From: a virus
Lineage: Duplodnaviria > Caudoviricetes
Direction: 5' to 3' (one strand)
Length of the DNA: 56,131 bases
Virus record (IMG/VR): IMGVR_UViG_3300031953_000014
Span: 1 to 56,131 of that record
Part shown: one piece after another, positions 46,562 to 55,459 of the stretch
Position numbering within the stretch: the first letter of the stretch is position 1
Layout of the letters: each line of letters opens with the position of its first letter
Made by a program: the position numbers and the translations under genes
The notes under the pieces: model-generated
Told to the model about the DNA's origin: nothing
Seen by the model: the letters and a program-made list of their open reading frames with translations, nothing else
Databases searched by the model: none

Positions 46562-46878
46562 GCATCCGAGACGATCTCGCTAACCACATTCGCGCTATCG
46601 ACGGAAGATGGGCGCTCGACGCCGCGGATCTCGCAGAGGCGATCTTGGAGCGGTTTGCGGTTCTCGAATACCGCCAACCCGACCGAACACGAACCGTCAT
46701 CACCGGACGCGAAACGACCTTCGCCGTATGGGAACTCGACCACGGAGCCGCGGTCTCTGACGCCGGCGTCATCCAAGCCCCACACGTGTACGTCAACGTC
46801 CTCTACGACGACGACCCGACACCGCATTGTGCAGCTGTCATGTCCGCTTACCGGCACGCGCTGGATGTTATGCGATGA
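46558..46878 (+). CDS. hypothetical protein
   Basis: coupled ORF. Confidence 0.58.
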   Translation: MSIRDDLANHIRAIDGRWALDAADLAEAILERFAVLEYRQPDRTRTVITGRETTFAVWELDHGAAVSDAGVIQAPHVYVNVLYDDDPTPHCAAVMSAYRHALDVMR

Positions 46879-46966
46879 GCGATGAAGGGAACAGGTTTCT
46901 ACTGTTCGTTTTCGGTGGTAATGCTGTCGTGTTGGGCGCGTTGGTTGCGTGGATGGAGTGGGTTCG

Positions 46967-47314
46967 ATGAGTGGGGTGAATCCCGCAGAGGTCATCGCAG
47001 AGCACACAGTACGCATAACCGCAGATGGCAAAGTCGAAATGACCTGCCACGGCGACAGCACGGCAGCCTGTCACCAATACCCGGACTGCGAATGCGAATC
47101 GGGGGAAACGGACGACCATCAGCACCCATTCGTTGCACACGACCAATGCTGGATGCAGTACTGGTTCGACAACGACGACATCGACCCATCCGGTGACGTG
47201 CTCGAACTCCAAAACTGCGACTACACGCCAGGAATGCAGGGGCCGATTGCAATCACTTTCTGCCACGAATACATCGAGTGGGCCTTCCTGGACGGCGCAG
47301 GGGTGACCCGATGA
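46967..47314 (+). CDS. Cys/His-rich hypothetical protein
   Basis: GGAG SD; ORF track. Confidence 0.6.
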   Translation: MSGVNPAEVIAEHTVRITADGKVEMTCHGDSTAACHQYPDCECESGETDDHQHPFVAHDQCWMQYWFDNDDIDPSGDVLELQNCDYTPGMQGPIAITFCHEYIEWAFLDGAGVTR

Positions 47315-47724
47315 GCGCCGCAGAGGTCATCGCAGAGGCGTTGGCAGAGCATAAGGCGATCAAGATCCCCAGGCCTGATGCACCGCGACAGTGCCCCGGC
47401 CATGTTGCTTGCCAGGGGTGTGACTGGATCAGCCGCGAATGTGGAGAGGTCGATCCTTGGGATGAACACGCGGCGCATCAGGCGTCTGTGATTGCAGCCC
47501 TCCCCAACATCGCCGTGGTGTCACTCCCAGAACCCGAGCAGCCCGCAAGCTGGCACGTCACCGACTGGGACGGCGGCAGGGTGTCGCTGTGCTACGGCGT
47601 CGACACTGTCCGCTGCTACATCCCCAACCCTGCGTTGGAAGTGGGGGAGGCGGAGCATCTCGGCATCGCACTCATCGCCGCTAGCCGCGAACTCGCTGCT
47701 GCCCGCGCTGTGGGTGAGCCATGA
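47311..47724 (+). CDS. hypothetical protein
   Basis: AEVIAEALAEH..C.GC..HAAHQA. Confidence 0.62.
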   Translation: MSAAEVIAEALAEHKAIKIPRPDAPRQCPGHVACQGCDWISRECGEVDPWDEHAAHQASVIAALPNIAVVSLPEPEQPASWHVTDWDGGRVSLCYGVDTVRCYIPNPALEVGEAEHLGIALIAASRELAAARAVGEP

Positions 47725-47852
47725 GCGGGAAGTCGGCGGTAGACCGCACCGACCGTGAAGTGCGGCAGGAGGCTGCACCGAAGCCGTGGATTGTGGATGT
47801 GTCGCAGCAACGCCGCCCCAAACACGCCCCCGGACACCGGAGAGTCAAATGA
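47721..47852 (+). CDS. small basic protein, WIxDV-RPK family copy 2
   Basis: AAPKPWIVDVSQQRRPKHAPGHRRVK, translated by hand. Confidence 0.58.
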   Translation: MSGKSAVDRTDREVRQEAAPKPWIVDVSQQRRPKHAPGHRRVK

Positions 47853-48093
47853 AGTCAAAGTTCTACGTCGTCGCTGACGATGACTACACCGGAACATGGG
47901 TCGATGAGCCGAACGAGAGATGAGTAAGGTGACTGTTATGGATGCACGAGTGGATCTCGCAGAGGATCAGTTGACGGATGCCGAGGTAGCCGAGTGCTAT
48001 AGCTATGCCGATAGCCTGAACGAAATTGTTGCTCCGGATGGGTATTAGGTCTCCATTATCGTGACGTGAATGCAAAGATGGCCCCGACTGCGC

Positions 48094-48249
48094 ATGAGAA
48101 CGGGGCCAGACCGTATCACCGTCGAAGACGTCGTCCGCGCCATCAAAGACCGCCAAGACTGGGAAGCTGACATCAAACGCGACATCGCTAAAACATTCTG
48201 GATCTACGACGTTGCGTCTCAGCGCCGCCCGAAGCGCCACCGCAAGTAA
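48094..48249 (+). CDS. small basic protein, WIxDV-RPK family copy 3
   Basis: ITVEDV..FWIYDVASQRRPKRHRK, translated by hand. Confidence 0.55.
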   Translation: MRTGPDRITVEDVVRAIKDRQDWEADIKRDIAKTFWIYDVASQRRPKRHRK

Positions 48250-48334
48250 CCGTCTGGCCCTGAACCGCACAAGGTTTGGGGCCAGACCCCAACCGACACC
48301 ACAGAGGTGAACGCCACCAAGAAATGAGACCCAC

Positions 48335-49660
48335 ATGGGTGCACTAGAAGCCGCCTACGAATCCACACACCGACCCACCGACGAAAAAATCTTGATCGCA
48401 GCACTCACCAATTTTGCTTTACGCGCTGATGTCCGTGAAGTCCTCCAATCGTTGCCGCCCGAAGACTTCTACAGCGGCATGTACGGAGAAATCTGGCGGG
48501 AAGCGCGAGCACTCGCAGACGATTCCCGCATCATCACACCCGACGTACTCAAATCCCGCTTCGAAAAACTCAACAAGGATCGTAGCGGGGAACCTCCACA
48601 GTGGCGTGTAATCGAGCAACTGTACGGGCAGTCAGTGAGACTAGTGGAAGTGAAACGCGGGGCCGTACTTGTCGCTGAGGCGGCAAAGAATAGGCGTCTC
48701 GTGGATGTGTTGAAGCGGGTAGCGGAAACGGTGGTGTCCTCGGAAGATTATGAGGCACCACTAGGGGTCGCGCACGCAGGACTGTCGGAACTCGACAATG
48801 CTGACAAATCCGATGATGCGGTCGGTATCGAAGCCGGGGTTGATAACTTCTGGGAACGTGTCGATGCCCCCGAGATGGCCGCAGAAACTGTGATCGGAAC
48901 ACCGTGGCCAGATGTCAACGAAATGTTGAACGGCGGCGTAGCAAAGAAACGCATGTATGTGTTCGGCGCAGAATCCGGTGGCGGCAAATCGTTGGCGATG
49001 CTCAATGTTGCATCCGAGGCCGCAATGAACGGATACAAGGTTGCCATCTTCAGTATCGAGATGGACACGGCAGAAGTAACAGCGCGGCTCATCAGCTCGA
49101 CAGGCCGCTTCCCCTATTCGAAGATCGCGCAACACGACATCCCAGAACATCAACGAGAACAAGTCGAAGCCATCACCCAATCACTGCGCGACAAACACAT
49201 CACAATCTATGACCAATCTGATGTGACGGCACAGTTTATTCGGCAGCAGTGTTTGGCGTTGAAGCGTTCTGGGGGTCTGGATTTGGTGGTGGTTGACTAT
49301 ATTCAGATTATTCAGTCGGAGCCTGGTGGGTCGCGGGATACGTCGCGGGAGCAGCAGGTGGGTGAGACGGCGAAACGGTTGAAGATTCTTGCCGGCGAAC
49401 TCGATGTTGTTTTGCTGACGGCTTCCCAGCTCAATGACAACGAGCAAGGTAACCGTCCGTCTATGCGGTCACTGCGTGAATCTAAGGCGCTCGGTATGCA
49501 CGCGGATGCGGTGATTCTGTTGCATCACGAGAAGGAGCGTGGGCATCGGACGGGGATGGTCGACATGATGTTGGTCAAGAATCGGGTGGGTAAGGAGGGG
49601 TCTGTGACGAAGGAGTTTGCGTCTCATCAGGCGCGTATCGGCAACCTAGGAGAAATGTGA
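48335..49660 (+). CDS. dnaB: DnaB-like replicative helicase
   Basis: GAESGGGKS, FSIEM, VVVDYIQI, ASQLN, LRES, KNRVG. Confidence 0.93.
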   Translation: MGALEAAYESTHRPTDEKILIAALTNFALRADVREVLQSLPPEDFYSGMYGEIWREARALADDSRIITPDVLKSRFEKLNKDRSGEPPQWRVIEQLYGQSVRLVEVKRGAVLVAEAAKNRRLVDVLKRVAETVVSSEDYEAPLGVAHAGLSELDNADKSDDAVGIEAGVDNFWERVDAPEMAAETVIGTPWPDVNEMLNGGVAKKRMYVFGAESGGGKSLAMLNVASEAAMNGYKVAIFSIEMDTAEVTARLISSTGRFPYSKIAQHDIPEHQREQVEAITQSLRDKHITIYDQSDVTAQFIRQQCLALKRSGGLDLVVVDYIQIIQSEPGGSRDTSREQQVGETAKRLKILAGELDVVLLTASQLNDNEQGNRPSMRSLRESKALGMHADAVILLHHEKERGHRTGMVDMMLVKNRVGKEGSVTKEFASHQARIGNLGEM

Positions 49661-49747
49661 TCGCGTATGACCGGGGACACACCCCGAAGGCTAAGTGTTG
49701 CGTGACGCTTTCACGCGTGTTGAGTGGCAACCAATCAAGGAGATCGC

Positions 49748-50260
49748 ATGAGTACCCCGAATTTGTTGGATGGCACGGAGCAGTTCATGCGGGCGGCGGG
49801 GCAGCCGATCCCTGACGTGCCAACAATCCCGCCGGCGTCCGTGATTGCGTTGCGCATGAAGATGCTGGTCGAGGAAGTATCGGAGCTGGTGGAGGCAGTT
49901 GGATTCCGTGACATGCAGGACTACCTCGACTGTGTCTACTCCGACGACAGTATCGATGACATCATCCAGGAAGCCATCGATGGCACCGGACGCTACAACT
50001 TCGACTTCACCGAGATGATCGACGCCTTCCATGACATTGCAGTCATCGCATATGGTGGCGCACTCGAAACCGCAGGCAGTGACGCCACCAAAGCGGCAGC
50101 CGCCGAAGTCACCCGATCCAATCTCGACAAAGTCAACGGCAAACACGGCCCCACCGTATGGGCAGGAGAACCGATGAACTCGAAAGTGAAGAAACCTGCC
50201 GGATGGGTTGGCCCCGACATCGCCGGCGTCCTCAAAGCATCCGGATGGGAAGCTACATAA
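49748..50260 (+). CDS. MazG-like nucleotide pyrophosphohydrolase
   Basis: LRMKMLVEEVSEL, IDAFHDI, EVTRSNLDK, KVKKPAGW. Confidence 0.82.
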   Translation: MSTPNLLDGTEQFMRAAGQPIPDVPTIPPASVIALRMKMLVEEVSELVEAVGFRDMQDYLDCVYSDDSIDDIIQEAIDGTGRYNFDFTEMIDAFHDIAVIAYGGALETAGSDATKAAAAEVTRSNLDKVNGKHGPTVWAGEPMNSKVKKPAGWVGPDIAGVLKASGWEAT

Positions 50261-50362
50261 CACCCTGAACGTGCAACCCGTGTGGCTCTGGTGGAATACG
50301 CAATCGCATCGCACCACAGAAAACACACACAAAATGAACACAGTCAATACGGCACAAACCTA

Positions 50363-50391
50363 TTGACATTCGAACACATGTTTGATTGAAT
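50363..50391 (+). promoter_or_regulatory. promoter with LexA (SOS) box in its spacer
   Basis: TTGACA 50363-50368; TCGAACACATGTTTGA 50370-50385 versus TCGAAC-N4-GTTCGA. Confidence 0.68.
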
Positions 50392-50493
50392 AGACTATTC
50401 CCCTTTGTGGGTCACTTGAGGTTTGCCATTTGTTTGCGCCCGGTGCATGTCTGCCCTTCCCTGTTTTATTCGTACAATCTTTGGAGTATCTAC

Positions 50494-50883
50494 ATGTCTT
50501 TACCGCTTACCGTGGGCCGTGGTTTCGTAATTTCTGACGTTGAGATGAAGTTTCTCAACGACGGCAAAGGTGTCGCTAGTTTCGCTGTCGCGTTCAAGGA
50601 TTCAAAGAAGAACGATCAGGGCGGATGGGACGATATTCGCAATACGGTGTACAGAATGACCGCGTGGGGCCGTACTGCGGAGCTTATCGCGGATTCGGTG
50701 ACTAAGTTGTCTGAGGTCGATATTTCGTTTAAGGCGTATGAGGATGAGTACACGAAGGATGGGGAGACGAAGAAGTCGTTGAAGGGGACTGTGGTGTCGT
50801 GCTCGCCTTCTTTGCCGAAGCGTGATGGTGGGGGTCAGTCGTTTGGTGGCGGCGCTAAGGCAGCCCCGAGCAACGACTGGTGA
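50494..50883 (+). CDS. ssb: single-stranded DNA-binding protein
   Basis: DVEMKF..GKGVASFAVA..TAWGRTAE..YTKDGETK; Gly-rich tail ending DW. Confidence 0.85.
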   Translation: MSLPLTVGRGFVISDVEMKFLNDGKGVASFAVAFKDSKKNDQGGWDDIRNTVYRMTAWGRTAELIADSVTKLSEVDISFKAYEDEYTKDGETKKSLKGTVVSCSPSLPKRDGGGQSFGGGAKAAPSNDW

Positions 50884-51036
50884 CCGCTCCATCCCTCGAA
50901 GACTTTGCGCCAGGCGGCAGGCATAACCGTAATGGGTGCCTGTCGCCTGCCAAGGCTTGCGAACGTTATTACGTAGTCCAGCGCTTGTGGGAGCTGGATG
51001 TGTTGCCGGTGTATTCGATGCCTGAGGGGTCTGACG

Positions 51037-51330
51037 ATGCCTGAACCGTATTTCTCTGATGATGATCCGTGGCGTCCTGAGGATGATGAGCCGCATGTAG
51101 TGAAGGTGTGGGAAGTCGAATCGGTCGGCGAACATGATGAAAACATACATTCCGATGGACTGTACTCGACGCTAGAAAAAGCCAAGGCGTCTGTGAAGGA
51201 TGCACCGTGGGAGCCGTATTCGCAGAACTGGCACGTGTTGTGGGCGAATGTCGACAGCGGATACGAGGATGACGGCGAATATTTTTCGGACTCCACATTC
51301 TATTACATCACGGAGAGGAAAGTCCTGTGA
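51037..51330 (+). CDS. acidic hypothetical protein
   Basis: GAGG SD; GLYSTLEKAKA motif. Confidence 0.6.
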   Translation: MPEPYFSDDDPWRPEDDEPHVVKVWEVESVGEHDENIHSDGLYSTLEKAKASVKDAPWEPYSQNWHVLWANVDSGYEDDGEYFSDSTFYYITERKVL

Positions 51331-51524
51331 AAGCCACGAGCATGGTTATCAATGAGCATGAGATGCGGATTCTCGGGGGTATCGGTGAGGATGGTGCCGC
51401 CGTTGTTGCGACCACGTTCATCGTATCTGGGACTGACGATCTGATTCCGTATTACGACGGGCTGGCGATGCTGGAGGTTGCTAAGCATGATTTTATTCGG
51501 CGTTGGGGGATTCATAAAGAATGA
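51327..51524 (+). CDS. hypothetical protein
   Basis: GGAGAGG SD; coupled. Confidence 0.55.
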   Translation: MKATSMVINEHEMRILGGIGEDGAAVVATTFIVSGTDDLIPYYDGLAMLEVAKHDFIRRWGIHKE

Positions 51525-51564
51525 CTCGTAGCAAGCGGCAGAAGCGTCTCGCGGCATCTCGCAG

Positions 51565-51732
51565 ATGGTGTCCTATTCGAGTCTGGAGAAGGCGCAGGCA
51601 TCGGTGGTTGGCGCTGTTTGGACGGATCGTGACAGGTCGATGGGGCAGTCATGGTTTGCGACTGTAGATGCGGGCGGTGACGAGTGGGGCGAGAGTGTGG
51701 TCTATCGGATCACTGAGAAGGAGCTTCTGTGA
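51565..51732 (+). CDS. truncated paralog of 51037-51330
   Basis: YSSLEKAQASV..W..VD.G..YRITEKELL. Confidence 0.5.
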   Translation: MVSYSSLEKAQASVVGAVWTDRDRSMGQSWFATVDAGGDEWGESVVYRITEKELL

Positions 51733-51889
51733 GTGACAGTGACCGGGATGTTCCGCCGAATTGGTGGGCGAAAGAGAGTGGTTGGGCTCGACGGTTGACG
51801 CGCCGTATGGAGCGTGTGAAGGCCCGCCAGTTGTTGCGTAGTGGCAGGTTTGAGTTGGCGGATACGCGGCAGGTTAAGGGTACGCAGGG

Positions 51890-52345
51890 ATGGTTAACGC
51901 ATTGAGTGAGCGGGAGATCAAGTTCACGGTGTCAGGCCCCGAGGTTGGGTATGAGGGTTATTCGGCGGCGGCGTATTCGGACGCGTTGACAGCGTTCGCG
52001 AAAATGCAGCGTGAGGGTTCGGTTGCGGGTGCGGCGCGGGCGTTCATGATGCCGCCGATGCGGTCATGGTTACGCCCGGTTGAGCCTCAGCCAGTGTGGG
52101 TGAAGCCAACAGAAGATGAACTGCGGGCACACATACTGGAGTCCTGGCCGGAAACCGATGTGGATGCGCACATGGCACAGCGGGCGCGTCTCGAAGCTCA
52201 ACGTGTGGCTCGTGAACGCTGGGAAGCCTCATGGCGCGGACGTATCGCATCCGGGTACAGGAAGTCTTCGCGGGAGATTCTGGAGCGCGTACAGGGTGCG
52301 TGGGGCGTGTTGCGGCATGGTGTGGATGAAGGGGATGAGTGGTGA
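51890..52345 (+). CDS. hypothetical protein
   Basis: ORF track. Confidence 0.55.
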   Translation: MVNALSEREIKFTVSGPEVGYEGYSAAAYSDALTAFAKMQREGSVAGAARAFMMPPMRSWLRPVEPQPVWVKPTEDELRAHILESWPETDVDAHMAQRARLEAQRVARERWEASWRGRIASGYRKSSREILERVQGAWGVLRHGVDEGDEW

Positions 52346-52578
52346 GTACGGCAGCGGAATATCGCAGTGACACGTTGCAGGGTATCGACTTTGATGTCCC
52401 ATGCGGCATGGTGTGGGCACGCAAAGGCATACCGACTGTGACGTGTGGCCCTGCTGACGCGGTGGCGGATGTTGATTACATCTGCAATACGTCGGAGCCT
52501 GCGTCAAAGTTTGCGTGTGCGGATTGTGTCGGCAAGTTGGAGCGGCAGGGCCGGTTGATGGGTGTTCGTTACTTTTAG
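52339..52578 (+). CDS. Cys-rich hypothetical protein
   Basis: ORF track. Confidence 0.55.
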   Translation: MVSTAAEYRSDTLQGIDFDVPCGMVWARKGIPTVTCGPADAVADVDYICNTSEPASKFACADCVGKLERQGRLMGVRYF

Positions 52579-52728
52579 AGGTGGGGTTGTTTGTGGTTGA
52601 GACTGTGCTGGTTGATGGATTGTGTGTGAGGTCAGAGTTAATCCCCGAATGGTGTTGGCACTGCAGAAAATTGCCCGATGAGCCCGCTGATGGTTTGCCG
52701 GTTGAGCATGTTATGGAGGTAGCCGAGG

Positions 52729-53376
52729 ATGAGTGACAACGTAGATCATCCAAGCCACTACACCTCGCACCCCAGCGGCGTTGAGTGCATCCAAATCACT
52801 GAGTATATGAATTTCAATATCGGCAATGCGATGAAGTATTTGTGGCGCGCTGGTTTAAAGTCGGATGATCCTCGTGAGGATTTGATGAAAGCGCGTTGGT
52901 ACGCCGATAGGGAGCTGAGGCGGCTTGATGGGATGCCTGTTCCTGCCCCTGTGGAGGCTCCTGTGGCGCGTGTATTCAATGTTGGTGACCCTGAACCTGC
53001 GGATAGGGAAACCATCGTACTGCGCGGCAATCGGCGCGACATGGACGTGCGGATCAGTTACGGCAAAGGCGGGTCGGGTGTCAACCTGACTGCATGGTGG
53101 TGCGTGGGGGATGATCCACGCTATAGCTCGCATGGGTCATGGAGTTACTGGCTCGAAAATTATGGGCCGCTCATTGAAGTTACCGAGGATGCTCCGAAGG
53201 TGGCTCGCCTGCCGCGCGTATTCGATTCTTTCGAGGATATTCCATCCGATGTGGACCTTGTATCTGATTGCGATGGCGATACGTGGGGCCGCAATGGGGT
53301 TCGTAGCAGCATGTGCGGATGGCTAACAGCCGCATGGGATGACAGCGCGCCGTTCACTGAAGTCCTAACACCCTAA
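52729..53376 (+). CDS. DUF3310-like protein with two C-terminal repeated modules
   Basis: DNVDHPSHYTSHPSGVECIQI..FNIGNAMKYLWRAGLK..EDLMKARWY. Confidence 0.82.
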   Translation: MSDNVDHPSHYTSHPSGVECIQITEYMNFNIGNAMKYLWRAGLKSDDPREDLMKARWYADRELRRLDGMPVPAPVEAPVARVFNVGDPEPADRETIVLRGNRRDMDVRISYGKGGSGVNLTAWWCVGDDPRYSSHGSWSYWLENYGPLIEVTEDAPKVARLPRVFDSFEDIPSDVDLVSDCDGDTWGRNGVRSSMCGWLTAAWDDSAPFTEVLTP

Positions 53377-53441
53377 ACATTCCTCAGCGGGGGCAGGCCA
53401 TACACGCGTCTGCCCCCGCCACCCTGCACGATAGGACACAC

Positions 53442-54590
53442 ATGAAATACCGCACCAACCGAGAAGACTTCGCCAACGCAACCGCATGGGTAGCAAGACA
53501 ACTCCCCAACCGCCCACCAACACCCATCATGGCCGGCATCCTCATCAAAGCGGAAGGGAACACACTCACCCTTGCCGGCTTCGACTACGAAACATCCACA
53601 CAAGTAACCGTGTCCGCTGAGATTGATACAGAAGGCAGCATTGTTGTTTCAGGTAAACTGCTAGCCGACATTAGCAAAAGTCTGCCCAGTAAGCCGCTGG
53701 ACGCCAGCATGGACGGCAATACGCTCACGCTGAAGTGTGGTGCATCGAAGTTTACGTTGCCAACCATGAACGTAGAAGACTATCCGACCTTGCCTCTGTT
53801 GCCAGTCAATTCAGGTTCGGTGGACGCCGACGTGTATGCGCAGGCTATCGCCCAAGTATCCATCGCGGCAGGTAGGGATGAAACGCTGCCAATGCTGACG
53901 TGCGTGAAAGTGGAAGTCGAAGGCGACAAAATTACACTTGCGGCGACTGACAGGTTCCGTCTCGCAATCCGCGAACTCTCATGGACTCCCGGACCATACG
54001 TTGCAGAACAACTATCGGCACTCGTCCCCGCCAAAACATTAACCGACACAGCAAAAAGCGTTACAGGTAGTGATGTTGCGTTAGCTATCGGCGGCGACTC
54101 TGGCCTATTCGGGTTCATCGCGGACGGCCGGCAAGTCACCACACGGATGGTCGATGCAGAGTTTCCGAAGTTTAGGCAGTTGATTCCGGCGCAGCATGAT
54201 TCGTTGGCGGTGGTGGAGATCGGGCCGCTTGTGGATGCGGTGAAGCGTATGTCGGTGGTTGCGGAACGTGGCGCGCAAGTCCGGCTCGCGTTCGATGGGG
54301 AGACTGTCACATTGTCGTCGGGTGGCGCGGAGGGGTCGGGTGAGGAGTCTTTGCCGGCTGTCATTTCGGGGCCGGGGTTGACGATAGCGTTCAATCCGAC
54401 ATACCTCACTGAATCGTTGGGTGCGGTTGATGGTGATTATGTGCAGCTCGGGTTCACGAAGCCTGGTCGTCCTGCGATCATTCAGGTGTCGGAGGGTGAG
54501 ATTGCGGAGGGCGATGGGCCGTTCCCTGCGTCGTATGGTTCTCACGTACAACTTTTGATGCCTGTCCGTATGCCGGACACCCTCGCGTGA
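53442..54590 (+). CDS. dnaN: DNA polymerase III beta sliding clamp
   Basis: 382 aa; GFDYETS, AAGRDETLPMLT, AATDRFRLA, IAFNPTYL, LLMPVR. Confidence 0.95.
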   Translation: MKYRTNREDFANATAWVARQLPNRPPTPIMAGILIKAEGNTLTLAGFDYETSTQVTVSAEIDTEGSIVVSGKLLADISKSLPSKPLDASMDGNTLTLKCGASKFTLPTMNVEDYPTLPLLPVNSGSVDADVYAQAIAQVSIAAGRDETLPMLTCVKVEVEGDKITLAATDRFRLAIRELSWTPGPYVAEQLSALVPAKTLTDTAKSVTGSDVALAIGGDSGLFGFIADGRQVTTRMVDAEFPKFRQLIPAQHDSLAVVEIGPLVDAVKRMSVVAERGAQVRLAFDGETVTLSSGGAEGSGEESLPAVISGPGLTIAFNPTYLTESLGAVDGDYVQLGFTKPGRPAIIQVSEGEIAEGDGPFPASYGSHVQLLMPVRMPDTLA

Positions 54591-55459
54591 CCCTGAAAAT
54601 AGGATCACTGTTTAGCGGCTATGGCGGGCTAGACATGGGCGTAAGTCAAGTGTTGGACGCTGAAACTATATGGCACTGCGAATGGGCGCTTGCCCCGTCT
54701 AAAGTGCTTGAACATCACTGGCATGGAGTGCCAAATTATCATGATGTGACAACGATAGATTGGGATGCAGTAGAGCCCATTGACATACTAACCGGCGGAT
54801 ACCCATGCCAACCGTTTAGTCATGCTGGAAGACGGAAAGGAACCGAAGATGAACGACATCTCTGGCCGTACGTCCGGAAAGCTATTCGCAATATACGACC
54901 CAGATTCGCATTCCTTGAGAATGTGGCCGGCCACAGGTCTTTGGGGTTCAATCGAGTTCTTGCAGACCTTGCCGAGGACGGGATGGATGTCAAGTGGGCG
55001 AGTGTACGAGCGTCCGACGTTGGAGCGCCCCACCATAGGGAGCGACTGTTTATCCTGGCGAGTACTTCCAACACCGAGGGCACAGGCCCGGGAGAACGTT
55101 TATGCCAGGGCAGATTACCACTCCAACCTAGAAGAGGCAGTTGCGATGATGCCGCACGTCCAGGAGTTGCTAGCGCCTTCGATTATGGAAGATTTGAGCG
55201 GGCTGTTAGAAGATGGGAAATCGTAACGGGGAATGCTGCGCCTTCTGCTGGATACAGAAATTCCGCTGGCGTGGCACTTTTGTCGCCATCGTTTGCTGAG
55301 TGGATGATGGGGCTTCCTGGCGGGCACATAACTGATCCTACGATTGGGTTGAGTAGCGGTGAGCAGTTGAAACTAGCTGGAAATGGGGTCGTTCCGCGGC
55401 AGGCTGCATACGCGTTGCAGTTGATGCTTTCCGGTGAGCTTGGTGTAGCAAATGGGTGA
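54587..55459 (+). CDS. DNA (cytosine-5) methyltransferase
   Basis: SLFSGYGG, GYPCQ, LENV, PHHRERLF, EWMMGLP, GNGVVP. Confidence 0.92.
   Translation: MTLKIGSLFSGYGGLDMGVSQVLDAETIWHCEWALAPSKVLEHHWHGVPNYHDVTTIDWDAVEPIDILTGGYPCQPFSHAGRRKGTEDERHLWPYVRKAIRNIRPRFAFLENVAGHRSLGFNRVLADLAEDGMDVKWASVRASDVGAPHHRERLFILASTSNTEGTGPGERLCQGRLPLQPRRGSCDDAARPGVASAFDYGRFERAVRRWEIVTGNAAPSAGYRNSAGVALLSPSFAEWMMGLPGGHITDPTIGLSSGEQLKLAGNGVVPRQAAYALQLMLSGELGVANG
54849..55226 (+). CDS. alternative-frame polypeptide nested in the MTase (TRD-like)
   Basis: AAAGGAA SD; LPTPRAQ..NLEEAV motif. Confidence 0.55.
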   Translation: MNDISGRTSGKLFAIYDPDSHSLRMWPATGLWGSIEFLQTLPRTGWMSSGRVYERPTLERPTIGSDCLSWRVLPTPRAQARENVYARADYHSNLEEAVAMMPHVQELLAPSIMEDLSGLLEDGKS

